Shown: piece by piece, positions 54,966 to 64,000 of the stretch
How positions within the stretch are numbered: position 1 is the stretch's first letter
Layout: each line of letters begins with the position of its first letter
Assembly (NCBI GenBank): GCA_051546255.1
Contig: CP128820.1
Span: 310,001-374,000 of the forward strand
Reading direction: 5' to 3'
DNA: 64,000 bases
From: Meyerozyma guilliermondii
Lineage: Eukaryota
The notes under the pieces: model-generated
Databases searched by the model: none
Told to the model about the DNA's origin: nothing
What the model saw: only the letters and a program-made list of their open reading frames with translations
Program-made: the position numbers and the translations under genes

Positions 54966-55235
54966 TACCACTCTAACTGCAACTAGAGGAGCTCAGCAGA
55001 ACATCACTAGATCTACACTAAATAGATGTCGTTCAGACCACGACCTATATACACTAGGGCACTATGCATCACTCTATTAGCTTTTCTTCCCTTGTTCTTT
55101 TTTTTCTCTTCTTTCATCTCTTTTCATTTCTTTCTTTGTTCCTCTTTCTTGTTCCCTTTTTCTCTTCCCCACCTTCCGCAGAACACCGCTACACCAACGC
55201 AATAAAGATTTCCTCACCACACCACTCCATCTTTC

Positions 55236-58200
55236 ATGACGAATAAAGATCCAGGCGGCACCTCCCAAGCGGGCTTAGCGCCTTCCCTTGGAATAGGGGT
55301 CAGTACTGGACCTGCAAATCCCATATGTGGCGTTGAAACCATAAAAAATGTCAAAGAAGACGAACATGAACCTTATGACGAACGGGGCTCAAGGTACAAT
55401 CTCTTGGGAAAAGTAGCTGGACTTCTCCAGCGGTCCCTTTCTAGGTCCCGTGAAGGCTCTGCTACCGATATCGGGTCGACAAATGACTCGTACTCTTCTT
55501 CTCGTGCTCCTTCCAGACATGCCAGTCGCAAAGATCTGCGTCCCTCGTCGACATTGCCGTCTCCTCCTAAAGAAACAAAACAGGTTTTTCTCGAATATGA
55601 CCCTATAACCAAGCGTCGGGTACTTAACACATACGAGATCCTCAATGATATCGGAAAAGGTGAACACGGCAAGGTGAAACTTGCGCGAGATCTAGTGCAC
55701 AATGAATTGGTTGCGATCAAAATCGTCAATCGGAATTCCAAAGATAGGCCCCAGCTTCATATGAGAAGGTTCTCAAGACCTCAGGTGCACCCCAATGAAT
55801 ATAGCACCAAAATAAGAAGGGAAATAGCCATCATGAAGCGGTGCAACCATCGCCATATCGTCAGTCTCAGAGAGGTACTCGATGATATGAATTCCAAGAA
55901 AATATATTTGGTGCTCGAGTACCTAGAAAAGGGAGAAATCAAGTGGAAACGTAAACTCGACACCCCAAGTCCTTCTGAGCCCTCCGACGAGATTCCTTGC
56001 TGTGGTTCTAAGGGCCATCTTCTGAGTTATACCATCAATGACGAAGATCTGGATCTTCTCTCCAACACATTTTCTCCAAACCTCACCTTCAAGCAGTCCC
56101 GAAAGATCTTTCGTGATGTTCTCTTGGGGCTCGAATACCTCCACATGCTTGGCATTGTACATCGTGATGTCAAACCTGCTAATTTACTCGTGTCTTCCGA
56201 TAATGTGGTTAAGATTTCTGATTTCGGCGTCTCTTTTGCCCTGTTTTTAAGTGGGCCCGGCGACCCTCCCAATGAACTTGAATTGGCTAAAACGGCAGGA
56301 ACTCCAGCTTTCTTTGCACCGGAATTGTGCCAGACCAATTTTCTGTCGGCGAACAGCTCCAAATCAGTGTCAGCTTCATCGTTGGAAATTTTGAGAAATG
56401 AAGACATAATGTCGAAAGTTCTTCCTCGTATCGATCACAAGATTGACATTTGGGCGCTTGGAGTTACTCTCTACTGTCTTCTCTTTGGAAAAGTTCCGTT
56501 CAATGCCGATTCCGAGTATGAACTTTTCCTGGTTATTGTAAACCAGCCACTCGAATTTCCTCCTGATCGGTGCTCGTTCAATTCCAGGGTAGAAGTCAGC
56601 GAACTAGAGTTCGATTTGGCGAAAGACCTTTTGTCCAAATTGCTAGACAAGAACAAAGACTCGAGAATTGATATACCTGAGATCAAGCAGCATCCATTTG
56701 TCTTAATGGATTTGGCCAATGATATGGACCTGCTCAATGAATTGCTATACTTGAATGCCAGTCCCGATTCAAATGATCCCGAAAAGTACATTGCAGGCTT
56801 GGAGCAAAATTTAGACATTCTGAAGGACGATGTTGATAATGCAGTGGTAGGGTTGGGTTCACGTATCAGAAGAAGTGTGGCTGCTACTATCAAAGCTGGC
56901 ACTCTCAATGGTGAGTTAATGTTCCGAACAGAAAGTTCCAGCGACGAGTCTCCTTCTCAACTTGCTTCTCAATACGGCTCACTGGTAGGTTTGCGATCTT
57001 CTTCGAATGATTATTCGGTGATTCTTTCTGAAGCTTTCAATGTTTCTACTCCTCCACCGCAAGAAATGGGCAGAACCATTTCCAATGCAGACTATACTTC
57101 GGCGCCTCATTTTCCATCTGGTCTATCAAAGGAGGTGAATGGTATAGCAGATATCATGTCGTCTTCTTCTAGTGGTTTCAATTCAAATGGGAACTTGCCG
57201 AGAAAGGGAAGTAACCATATTGTTCACGATATCATCGATTCTGACACCCGTTCCAGGAGAGACAGTGCTACCGGAACGGAAGCATCTCAGATAGAAACCA
57301 AGAGAAATGCTGTGGGTGACGTCTACCTCAAAAACCAGTCTGCCATGGATGCTTTTAAGGACATCAAACTTCAGGATGACAAGAGACGGCGCTCGAGTGC
57401 CTACTTGAGTTCGTCTCAGTCTGGAAGTCGTCAAGGATCCACAATCTCCAGACCAACAAAAGACAAGTCTTCTATTTCTAGCCCAATTCCTGTTCCCTCA
57501 CTGAAGCGAACTACTGCCCTGCTCTTGACTGTGGATCCATATATCATCAACGATCGAGACCCATCCTCGGTGATCTCTCTTCCTTTGAGCGACAGCTTGG
57601 CCTCGTTGGACAGTTTAAATGATGACTATGTCTCGAGAAAGTACAAGGAACTTACCGAGAAACATTCTGGACGACGTAAATCCGTTAGTGGTCGCGGTAA
57701 CGACGCAATCTTTTCCGATTCAGATATCTTGAGCAGAGACGTTGACGGTATAAATGAAAAGTTTCTGAGGTTCAATTTGGACACACTGATGTCCGACAGT
57801 TCCAAAGTCGCCAAGATCAACGACGATGCCATAGCTCCCAAGACACTTCCAAGAACCCTTTTCGCTTCGCATACTTCGTCGTCTAGTTGCTGCAGCTCTT
57901 CAAGCTCCTCGAGCGGCAGTTCCAGCGGCTCTGATAGCGATGAGGATGGAGACTTGACCTTGGCTTTTTCGTCCAAGGTGGCTTCGTCAGTTAGACCTCC
58001 TTTTCTTTCCTTGTCCCATAGAGCCAAATCTTATGATTCCAAATTACCTGCCTATGGTCAATCTGGTGGAAATCATCAGGAAACTCCCGTGATTTTTCAA
58101 ACTGATTTACCAGAGTTTGAAGACTTACCAGCTGGACTTATGACCAATGTTCCCAGACCCAGTATTTCAGGTGCTGGACTGCTGCAAATGGCACCCACTA

Positions 58201-58565
58201 TCTCAGTAATGTCTAATACCAGTGGTAAGACTTTGAATCCAACCCGAGAGCCTCCAGTGAGTACTCCTGTCTTGCCTCAAAAGGCACAAACTCTTGATGT
58301 ATCTACCATACGAGATTCAAAGCCGGCTGGATCCGCAGGATTGAGAGAGAATATCTTCCACAATCAGTATAATAATCATTACAAGAAAGATCCCATAAGC
58401 TTCCCATTCCCAAATGCTGTGCACTATGAGAATGATAGAGAAACCGAAAGCAAGACTTCGACTAAGAAGAGCGGAGCCCTCCGACCTAATCATTATAGAT
58501 CGAATTCGGTTGCGGTGGGTTTATTACAACATCAACTTCGACAGGCGGAAAGTAATCAAGAGTAA
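55236..58565 (+). CDS. SAK1: Snf1-activating kinase (Sak1/Tos3 family)
   Basis: KETKQVFLEYDPITKRRVLNTYEI..IGKGEHGKVKLARD, KISDFGVS and ELAKTAGTPAFFAPELC. Adjacent to ATG1, like TOS3 in S. cerevisiae. Confidence 0.88.
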   Translation: MTNKDPGGTSQAGLAPSLGIGVSTGPANPICGVETIKNVKEDEHEPYDERGSRYNLLGKVAGLLQRSLSRSREGSATDIGSTNDSYSSSRAPSRHASRKDLRPSSTLPSPPKETKQVFLEYDPITKRRVLNTYEILNDIGKGEHGKVKLARDLVHNELVAIKIVNRNSKDRPQLHMRRFSRPQVHPNEYSTKIRREIAIMKRCNHRHIVSLREVLDDMNSKKIYLVLEYLEKGEIKWKRKLDTPSPSEPSDEIPCCGSKGHLLSYTINDEDLDLLSNTFSPNLTFKQSRKIFRDVLLGLEYLHMLGIVHRDVKPANLLVSSDNVVKISDFGVSFALFLSGPGDPPNELELAKTAGTPAFFAPELCQTNFLSANSSKSVSASSLEILRNEDIMSKVLPRIDHKIDIWALGVTLYCLLFGKVPFNADSEYELFLVIVNQPLEFPPDRCSFNSRVEVSELEFDLAKDLLSKLLDKNKDSRIDIPEIKQHPFVLMDLANDMDLLNELLYLNASPDSNDPEKYIAGLEQNLDILKDDVDNAVVGLGSRIRRSVAATIKAGTLNGELMFRTESSSDESPSQLASQYGSLVGLRSSSNDYSVILSEAFNVSTPPPQEMGRTISNADYTSAPHFPSGLSKEVNGIADIMSSSSSGFNSNGNLPRKGSNHIVHDIIDSDTRSRRDSATGTEASQIETKRNAVGDVYLKNQSAMDAFKDIKLQDDKRRRSSAYLSSSQSGSRQGSTISRPTKDKSSISSPIPVPSLKRTTALLLTVDPYIINDRDPSSVISLPLSDSLASLDSLNDDYVSRKYKELTEKHSGRRKSVSGRGNDAIFSDSDILSRDVDGINEKFLRFNLDTLMSDSSKVAKINDDAIAPKTLPRTLFASHTSSSSCCSSSSSSSGSSSGSDSDEDGDLTLAFSSKVASSVRPPFLSLSHRAKSYDSKLPAYGQSGGNHQETPVIFQTDLPEFEDLPAGLMTNVPRPSISGAGLLQMAPTISVMSNTSGKTLNPTREPPVSTPVLPQKAQTLDVSTIRDSKPAGSAGLRENIFHNQYNNHYKKDPISFPFPNAVHYENDRETESKTSTKKSGALRPNHYRSNSVAVGLLQHQLRQAESNQE

Positions 58566-58729
58566 GGTGGTGCATGTACATATCTGTAAAAGAACGTAAA
58601 AATGTGTATATAAAACACTAGCTCGATTCTATGAAAAAGAATGCAAGTTCCGTAACCCAAAAACCAAAACCCATAATAAATTGAGAGCAAATATTCTGCT
58701 ATGATATGGCCCTGCCATAGTGAAACAAT

Positions 58730-61201
58730 TCATGTTTCTGTCGACTCCAACTTTCTCTTCAATACCCCCAATCTGTTGCCGATGCTGACGATAAACTTCT
58801 CAACCATTCCTCTATCGTCATCATCTAGAACATCGTTTCCATCATCATCTAACAATGCCTCCAACATCCATATCGCCGTACTGTAGGCTAGTTCACATCC
58901 TTTCAAGTCTTCCTTGACTAGCTCACTAACTGCCGCATTCCTGGACATCTCTAACGCCCGGTCAAAGATCAACTTTTCTGCCACAACCTTGGTGCCTTCT
59001 AAGCTCTTGGATACAGTCTGAGTGTCGTCGACATTCGAAGCCTGACTCACCAGATATTCTTTCTGGATCTGGGAGTCAGCCTCTTGTAACCTAAGTTTGA
59101 TGAATTCAGCTTTCTCCAAACTTTCATTGAATTTCTCTCGAATCCATTGAACTAGTTCGTTCACTCGTACACTGATGGCGACGTCAGTGCTTTGCCTACT
59201 CCCATCGTCTGTAGGCGCTTGATCTCCTATATGATTTTTGGAGTACCACCATTCACTCGCAAGTGTCATACCTTTAGCCAAGAGTGAAAGAGTCTTGACG
59301 TATAACACTACCCCTTCTTCACTGATCGCCTTTACGATTCTGGGCGGGAGCAGGTCGTTCTGGTGGAATACGTCGTCCTCTACACCTTCAGAGGAGGGTG
59401 GTGAAGGAATCAATTGACTGAATTTCACATCGGCGAATAAATTTACAGCATGAGCCTTCGTCACTAAACCCTCGAGTTTAATAACCATTGCCTCGTCCTC
59501 ATTCTTGGGAGAAGCCTCAGCCTCTAGTGAAGCAATGACCAGAGACGTTGGCAAATTCAACTTCTGTAGCAAAAGGTGGTTGGCAAAGTTTGGATTTGAT
59601 ATGACGGTTGAAAACGTGTTATTCAACGTCATAGCACCTGAAAATTCGTTTGATAACTCCTTGGCTGTCTCCTCGGTGATCTGTTGAGTGGCTGAAGAGC
59701 CAAAGAGCCTGTTCGAGGCCAAACCAATAGCTTTGCTTAAGGCGGTCGTTGGAGATATAGAGACCGATATACGACGGTCTGTAAAACTTGGTCGCCTTTG
59801 ACTTCCACTTGAATTCGATCTCAAGGAGCCACGGCGGAACATCTTATTAGAATCAGGACTCGATGTTGAGTCTTGCAGCGAGCGACGGGCTCTGATAGCA
59901 ACTGCAGCAGTGCCCGCGGCCGCAAGCTCGTCAGCAATTGCGTTCACTTCGACTGCTCTTTTCTCGACTACGACGTAATCACGCTCCAAGACTATATCGT
60001 CACGACCCTTACCGGGCCGTTCACGAGTGACAATCGATTGGGATGTCACTTCTGGTCCCGGACTATTTTTGTTAATAAGTTGCTTGATCTCTTCGTCGCG
60101 GCTCTCACTACCTGACAGTGGTTGTGGGGAGTGTCTAGGCAGTCTATCGATAGCGCTGTTTCTCGATGATACGGGTCGTAATGGCTGTATAACTTGAGAG
60201 CGTTTAATGGGCGAGATGTATTCACTGATGAACAAGTTTTCGTCCATGTGGGAAGTTTCTAGTGGCTCATCATTTCCGTCAAGAGCACAAGTGATTAGCT
60301 GGTCGTTGAAGAATTCGTTAAAGGAAACTCTCTCTGTAGGATTGTATTTCAAAAGCGCACGTATCAAACGTTTGATAGATTCGGGTACCTGTGCAGATGA
60401 AGGAAACTTGATCTTGTCATTCGACTTTTCAATGTTCTTGAGCAACTCGATATGATTTGCAGCTTTAAATGGAGGTTTGCCTACCACCATCTCATAAAGC
60501 ACAGCACCCACAGACCACAAATCGGCCTTTGCATTATACTTTTCGTACCGAAGAATTTCGGGAGCCATGTAAAGAGGAGAGCCACACAAGGTCTCTGCCA
60601 TCGAAGTGGAGGGGAGAAACCGGGCGAATCCAAAATCTGCAATCTTAAGAATTGGCAACTCCCAAAGGCCAACGTAGCCTCCCTTTTCGAAATCTGACTT
60701 GGAGTGGGCCGGAGGGCACAAAAGCAAGTTTTGAGGTTTGATGTCTCTATGAACCAAGCTTTTCTCGCGCAAGAAACTCAAGGCAGAAGATAACTGCTTG
60801 AGAAAGTGGATCACCAAGGTCTCATTTAGCCCATGAGAGCCCTCTGGAGAAGGGTAGCGTTCTAATAGGGATGATATCACCGGGTGGTTTTTCACCAACT
60901 GGTTGCGCTTTCTGATAAAGTAGGAGAGATCACCCATCGAACAGTAGTCCATCACCAAATGGAAATGGGTGGAGGTCTGTGTGTAATCTATAAGACCCAC
61001 TATGTGCGGGTGCTTCATGTTTTTGAGGATGGATATTTCTATTTCCAAGTTCTCCACAAGTTTCTTTGATTTGAGTTTGGATCGAACCACAGATTTGACC
61101 GCCACGGCAGCATGAGTCTTGCTGTGATGACACTTGTATACGGTAGCAAAGGAGCCCTTCCCGATTTCGGGACCAAGGGTATAGTCGCCTATGGTCGTCA
61201 T
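58730..61201 (-). CDS. ATG1: Autophagy kinase Atg1
   Basis: EIGKGSFATVYK, LKIADFGFARFLPSTSMAETLCGSPLYMAPE, DYVVVEKRAVEVN and C-terminal EKLIFDRALEMSR. First ATG is at 61201. Confidence 0.96.
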   Translation of the reverse strand: MTTIGDYTLGPEIGKGSFATVYKCHHSKTHAAVAVKSVVRSKLKSKKLVENLEIEISILKNMKHPHIVGLIDYTQTSTHFHLVMDYCSMGDLSYFIRKRNQLVKNHPVISSLLERYPSPEGSHGLNETLVIHFLKQLSSALSFLREKSLVHRDIKPQNLLLCPPAHSKSDFEKGGYVGLWELPILKIADFGFARFLPSTSMAETLCGSPLYMAPEILRYEKYNAKADLWSVGAVLYEMVVGKPPFKAANHIELLKNIEKSNDKIKFPSSAQVPESIKRLIRALLKYNPTERVSFNEFFNDQLITCALDGNDEPLETSHMDENLFISEYISPIKRSQVIQPLRPVSSRNSAIDRLPRHSPQPLSGSESRDEEIKQLINKNSPGPEVTSQSIVTRERPGKGRDDIVLERDYVVVEKRAVEVNAIADELAAAGTAAVAIRARRSLQDSTSSPDSNKMFRRGSLRSNSSGSQRRPSFTDRRISVSISPTTALSKAIGLASNRLFGSSATQQITEETAKELSNEFSGAMTLNNTFSTVISNPNFANHLLLQKLNLPTSLVIASLEAEASPKNEDEAMVIKLEGLVTKAHAVNLFADVKFSQLIPSPPSSEGVEDDVFHQNDLLPPRIVKAISEEGVVLYVKTLSLLAKGMTLASEWWYSKNHIGDQAPTDDGSRQSTDVAISVRVNELVQWIREKFNESLEKAEFIKLRLQEADSQIQKEYLVSQASNVDDTQTVSKSLEGTKVVAEKLIFDRALEMSRNAAVSELVKEDLKGCELAYSTAIWMLEALLDDDGNDVLDDDDRGMVEKFIVSIGNRLGVLKRKLESTET

Positions 61202-61941
61202 GGGATCTATCACAACAGAACGAATAAGTGTATTACGTGAGTCACTCGGCAATCCGGAAAGGTTCAAGTTTCGAGTTTTAGGAAATTGGTTTCGGATTTA
61301 TAAGTCCAGAGCCCCAACAGGCGAGGTCGTCTTTGTAACCCCAGTAGGTAATAATCAGCCTAAACCGATGGTGGGTACACAATCAACGCCACCGCAACGC
61401 GATGATGAATCACGGTGATTGGAACGTATTTGGTGGGGAAAAAGTACCGTATAACGAAAGCAAACGGGTTGAATAGATGCGATTATAATAAGAAACACAC
61501 ACTCAGTAGAAAAACCGGGGCTGAATGCTGTTTACAAAAATGAGTATATGTGGGTGTAAACAGTGGTTATCCCTACAATCATGCGTACGATAAGATAGCG
61601 TATGACACGCTTATGCAAGCGCGCTGGGGGAAGTTAGGTAAGAGCGCCACAGATAAGAGGAGGGGCAGTTGTGGGTCGCGCGAAGGATGACGCTACGAGG
61701 AGAAATCCGCCAGGCCAGCTGAAGTAAGCAACTGTATCGCTTATGTAAGCACAAACCGCAAACCTGTCTTCCTGCGGCTGCGAATTGGGAGGGTTTGCTT
61801 TTTAGGTTTACGTTTTGAGACATTATCGAAATTCAAGTTGACTTTTGGGACTTGAGCAAAGGCAAACTTCACCAATTGGTTCTCTACACTTCACGTATTA
61901 TATCCCTTGGTTAAAAAGTGTAGCATTGAAAGAGATCGGTC

Positions 61942-64000
61942 ATGTTTGAATCGCTAGTGGCCAATCTTCTTAACCGGTTTCTCGGTGCCTATATCGAGAA
62001 TTTCGACCCCAAGCAACTCAATATCGGTATTTGGGGCGGTGACGTCAAGCTTCGTAACCTTCGCTTAAAAAGAGATTCGTTGGACAAGTTTAAACTTCCT
62101 GTCGATGTCAAGTTTGGCCATGTGGGCGAACTCACCCTTCAGATTCCCTGGTCCAATCTCAAGGGGAAACCCGTGAAGGTCATTATTGATGATGTTTACG
62201 TGTTAGCTTCTCCTAAAATATTGGAGGATTTTGATTTGGAGGAAGAAAAAAACCGTGAACAGCAACTTAAGCGTGAAAAATTGAACAATTGGGAAGCATT
62301 AGAACAAGCAACGGTTCAGAATCAAAATCTCACCAATGACCTTGAAAACAATGAGTCGTTCACAGAGTCCTTGGTCACCAAAATCATTGACAATCTTCAG
62401 GTGACCATAAAGAATATTCATGTCAGATACGAAGACGACTCAATTCTCACTGAGAACCCATATGCTTTGGGTTTCACCTTGAGTGAGCTTTCTGCTGTGT
62501 CCACCGACCTGTCGTGGACCCCTAGTTTCATCACTATCACTCAGGCCTTGACCCACAAGTTACTTGTGTTGAAAAGCTTCAGTTGCTATATGTCTACAGA
62601 TTCTGATCTGATCGACGGAGAAGCACAGGAAATGCTTGAACGGTTCAAGAGCATTTTGAATATCACCAGTGATGTGACCGCCAAGGATAATCAGTATTTA
62701 CTTCGACCCATCTCTGGTCAAGGTAAACTTACCATCAATAAGAGAGGTGCTACAGAAGAGAATCCTCAGTTCAAGACGGAGTTTTTCTTTGACGAATTCG
62801 GCGTGGTTCTTGACCATAACCAGTATCAAAACCTCTTGTGGACAGCTTCCAAGTTCCACTACTACATGAAGACCCAAAGATTCAGAAAGTTGCGCCCCAA
62901 GGTGACCGTTAAAGAAGACCCGCTCGAATGGTTCCGATTTGCAGCACAGACAATCTTGAACGAAATCCATGACAAACACTACAAGTGGACCTGGGAGCAT
63001 TTTGCCAAGCGCCGTGATCAACGTAAAGCGTATATCAGACTTTGGAAGCTTCACCTTTTGAAGAAGAATCTAAGCAAAGAAGACAAAGAGGAACTCGAAC
63101 AATTAGAGTACGATTTGCCGTATGAGGATATCAAGTTGTATCGCTCTCTCACCAGATCAGAAATCAAAAAAGAGAACAAGGGCATTTCGCTCAGTGCTTT
63201 ATTACCGAAGACTGAGAACAAAGGCTGGTTTTCAGGCTGGTGGGGCGGTCAACAACAGCCCAGCAAATCTGATCCATCTGCTCCCGAATCTGATCCTTCT
63301 AAAATGGACCTTCAGCTCAGCGAAGAACAAAGAAAGGCACTTTACGATGTAATAGAATACGACGAAAACAGGTTGACAGAAGCTGTCGATGTGCCTAGAG
63401 AGAGGACGGTGATGGAGGTAATCGCAACTTTGAGGAAAGGCGGAATTGCCGTCAAGAGAGACAAATCGTCGTCTAATTTGGGTGAGATTGTGTTTGAACA
63501 TTGCAAAGCTCATGTATTTAAACGTCCTGATTCGTTGCTCACGAACTTCCAGTTGCAAGAGTTTCGTGTTGAGGACGGCACTGAAGGCGCTTTGTACAAA
63601 CACATGGTTAGTGTAAAGCATTTGCATTCTCATGAGTCTCGACTGGAGCGTTCTTCTGAGCCACCATCATCCCTGGCTAGCGTCGATGATGTTTCAAAGG
63701 TGGGATGGAATGAGCCATTTTTCAAGATTTCTTTCGAGAATAATCCACTAGATGGTTCTGCTGATTCTGCTCTCAAGGGCCATCTCAGATCCATGACTAT
63801 ATTCTACAATCCTCATTTCATTGAAGAGATTATAAGATTTTTCAAACCGCCAAAAATGCACTTAGATACTGTGGGTGCAATCATGAATGCTGCTGAGGCC
63901 ACAGTAGAGGGAATAACCTCGCAGACCAGAATAGGACTTCAATATGCTTTGGAGGAGCACAAGACTATAAACGTGAAGCTCGACTTACAAGCACCATTGA
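61942..64000 (+). CDS. VPS13: Vps13 lipid-transfer protein (5' part, truncated by window end)
   Basis: Not in the ORF track. Chorein_N start MFESLVANLLNRFLGAYIENFDPKQLNIGIWGGDVKLRNL...LQIPWSNLKGKPVKV, and later KIIDNLQVTIKNIHVRYED. Confidence 0.96.
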   Translation, partial: MFESLVANLLNRFLGAYIENFDPKQLNIGIWGGDVKLRNLRLKRDSLDKFKLPVDVKFGHVGELTLQIPWSNLKGKPVKVIIDDVYVLASPKILEDFDLEEEKNREQQLKREKLNNWEALEQATVQNQNLTNDLENNESFTESLVTKIIDNLQVTIKNIHVRYEDDSILTENPYALGFTLSELSAVSTDLSWTPSFITITQALTHKLLVLKSFSCYMSTDSDLIDGEAQEMLERFKSILNITSDVTAKDNQYLLRPISGQGKLTINKRGATEENPQFKTEFFFDEFGVVLDHNQYQNLLWTASKFHYYMKTQRFRKLRPKVTVKEDPLEWFRFAAQTILNEIHDKHYKWTWEHFAKRRDQRKAYIRLWKLHLLKKNLSKEDKEELEQLEYDLPYEDIKLYRSLTRSEIKKENKGISLSALLPKTENKGWFSGWWGGQQQPSKSDPSAPESDPSKMDLQLSEEQRKALYDVIEYDENRLTEAVDVPRERTVMEVIATLRKGGIAVKRDKSSSNLGEIVFEHCKAHVFKRPDSLLTNFQLQEFRVEDGTEGALYKHMVSVKHLHSHESRLERSSEPPSSLASVDDVSKVGWNEPFFKISFENNPLDGSADSALKGHLRSMTIFYNPHFIEEIIRFFKPPKMHLDTVGAIMNAAEATVEGITSQTRIGLQYALEEHKTINVKLDLQAPL

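Noticed and set aside
61402..61524. ATGATGA...CTGA possible box C/D snoRNA in the ATG1/VPS13 intergenic region
   Set aside because: No terminal stem and no rRNA-complementary guide that I can recognise; would need snoscan or Infernal.
61611..63633. Short ORFs at the right end of the window
   Set aside because: Promoter noise or shadows of the VPS13 reading frame starting at 61942.

Overview
Gene-dense eukaryotic DNA from a budding yeast of the CUG-Ser clade. CTG must be read as Ser: the Cdc28 PSTAIRE motif is encoded CCT-CTG-ACT at 5499-5507. The compactness, intron style and gene set are consistent with Meyerozyma or another Debaryomycetaceae yeast, but the species is an inference. I find about 41 protein-coding genes and no convincing tRNA, rRNA, transposon or CRISPR. 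Two genes are missing from the ORF track because they run off the window edges: a secreted GH92 alpha-mannosidase on the left and VPS13 on the right. Six spliceosomal introns can be resolved by eye (CDC28, PET8/SAM5, PHO85, POM33, CDC3, RPN13). The most notable observations are: (1) RPN13 has a hidden 44-nt intron with a stop codon inside its donor site, so splicing would add a DEUBAD-like (UCH37-binding) domain and retention would give a Pru-only protein; (2) an unannotated-looking Btn2/Cur1-like sequestrase lies head-to-head with its predicted partner SIS1 across a promoter containing heat shock elements; (3) two tandem-repeat arrays face each other as a foldback between CDC3 and a CinA-like gene. 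Gene names come from recalled family motifs, not from database searches.
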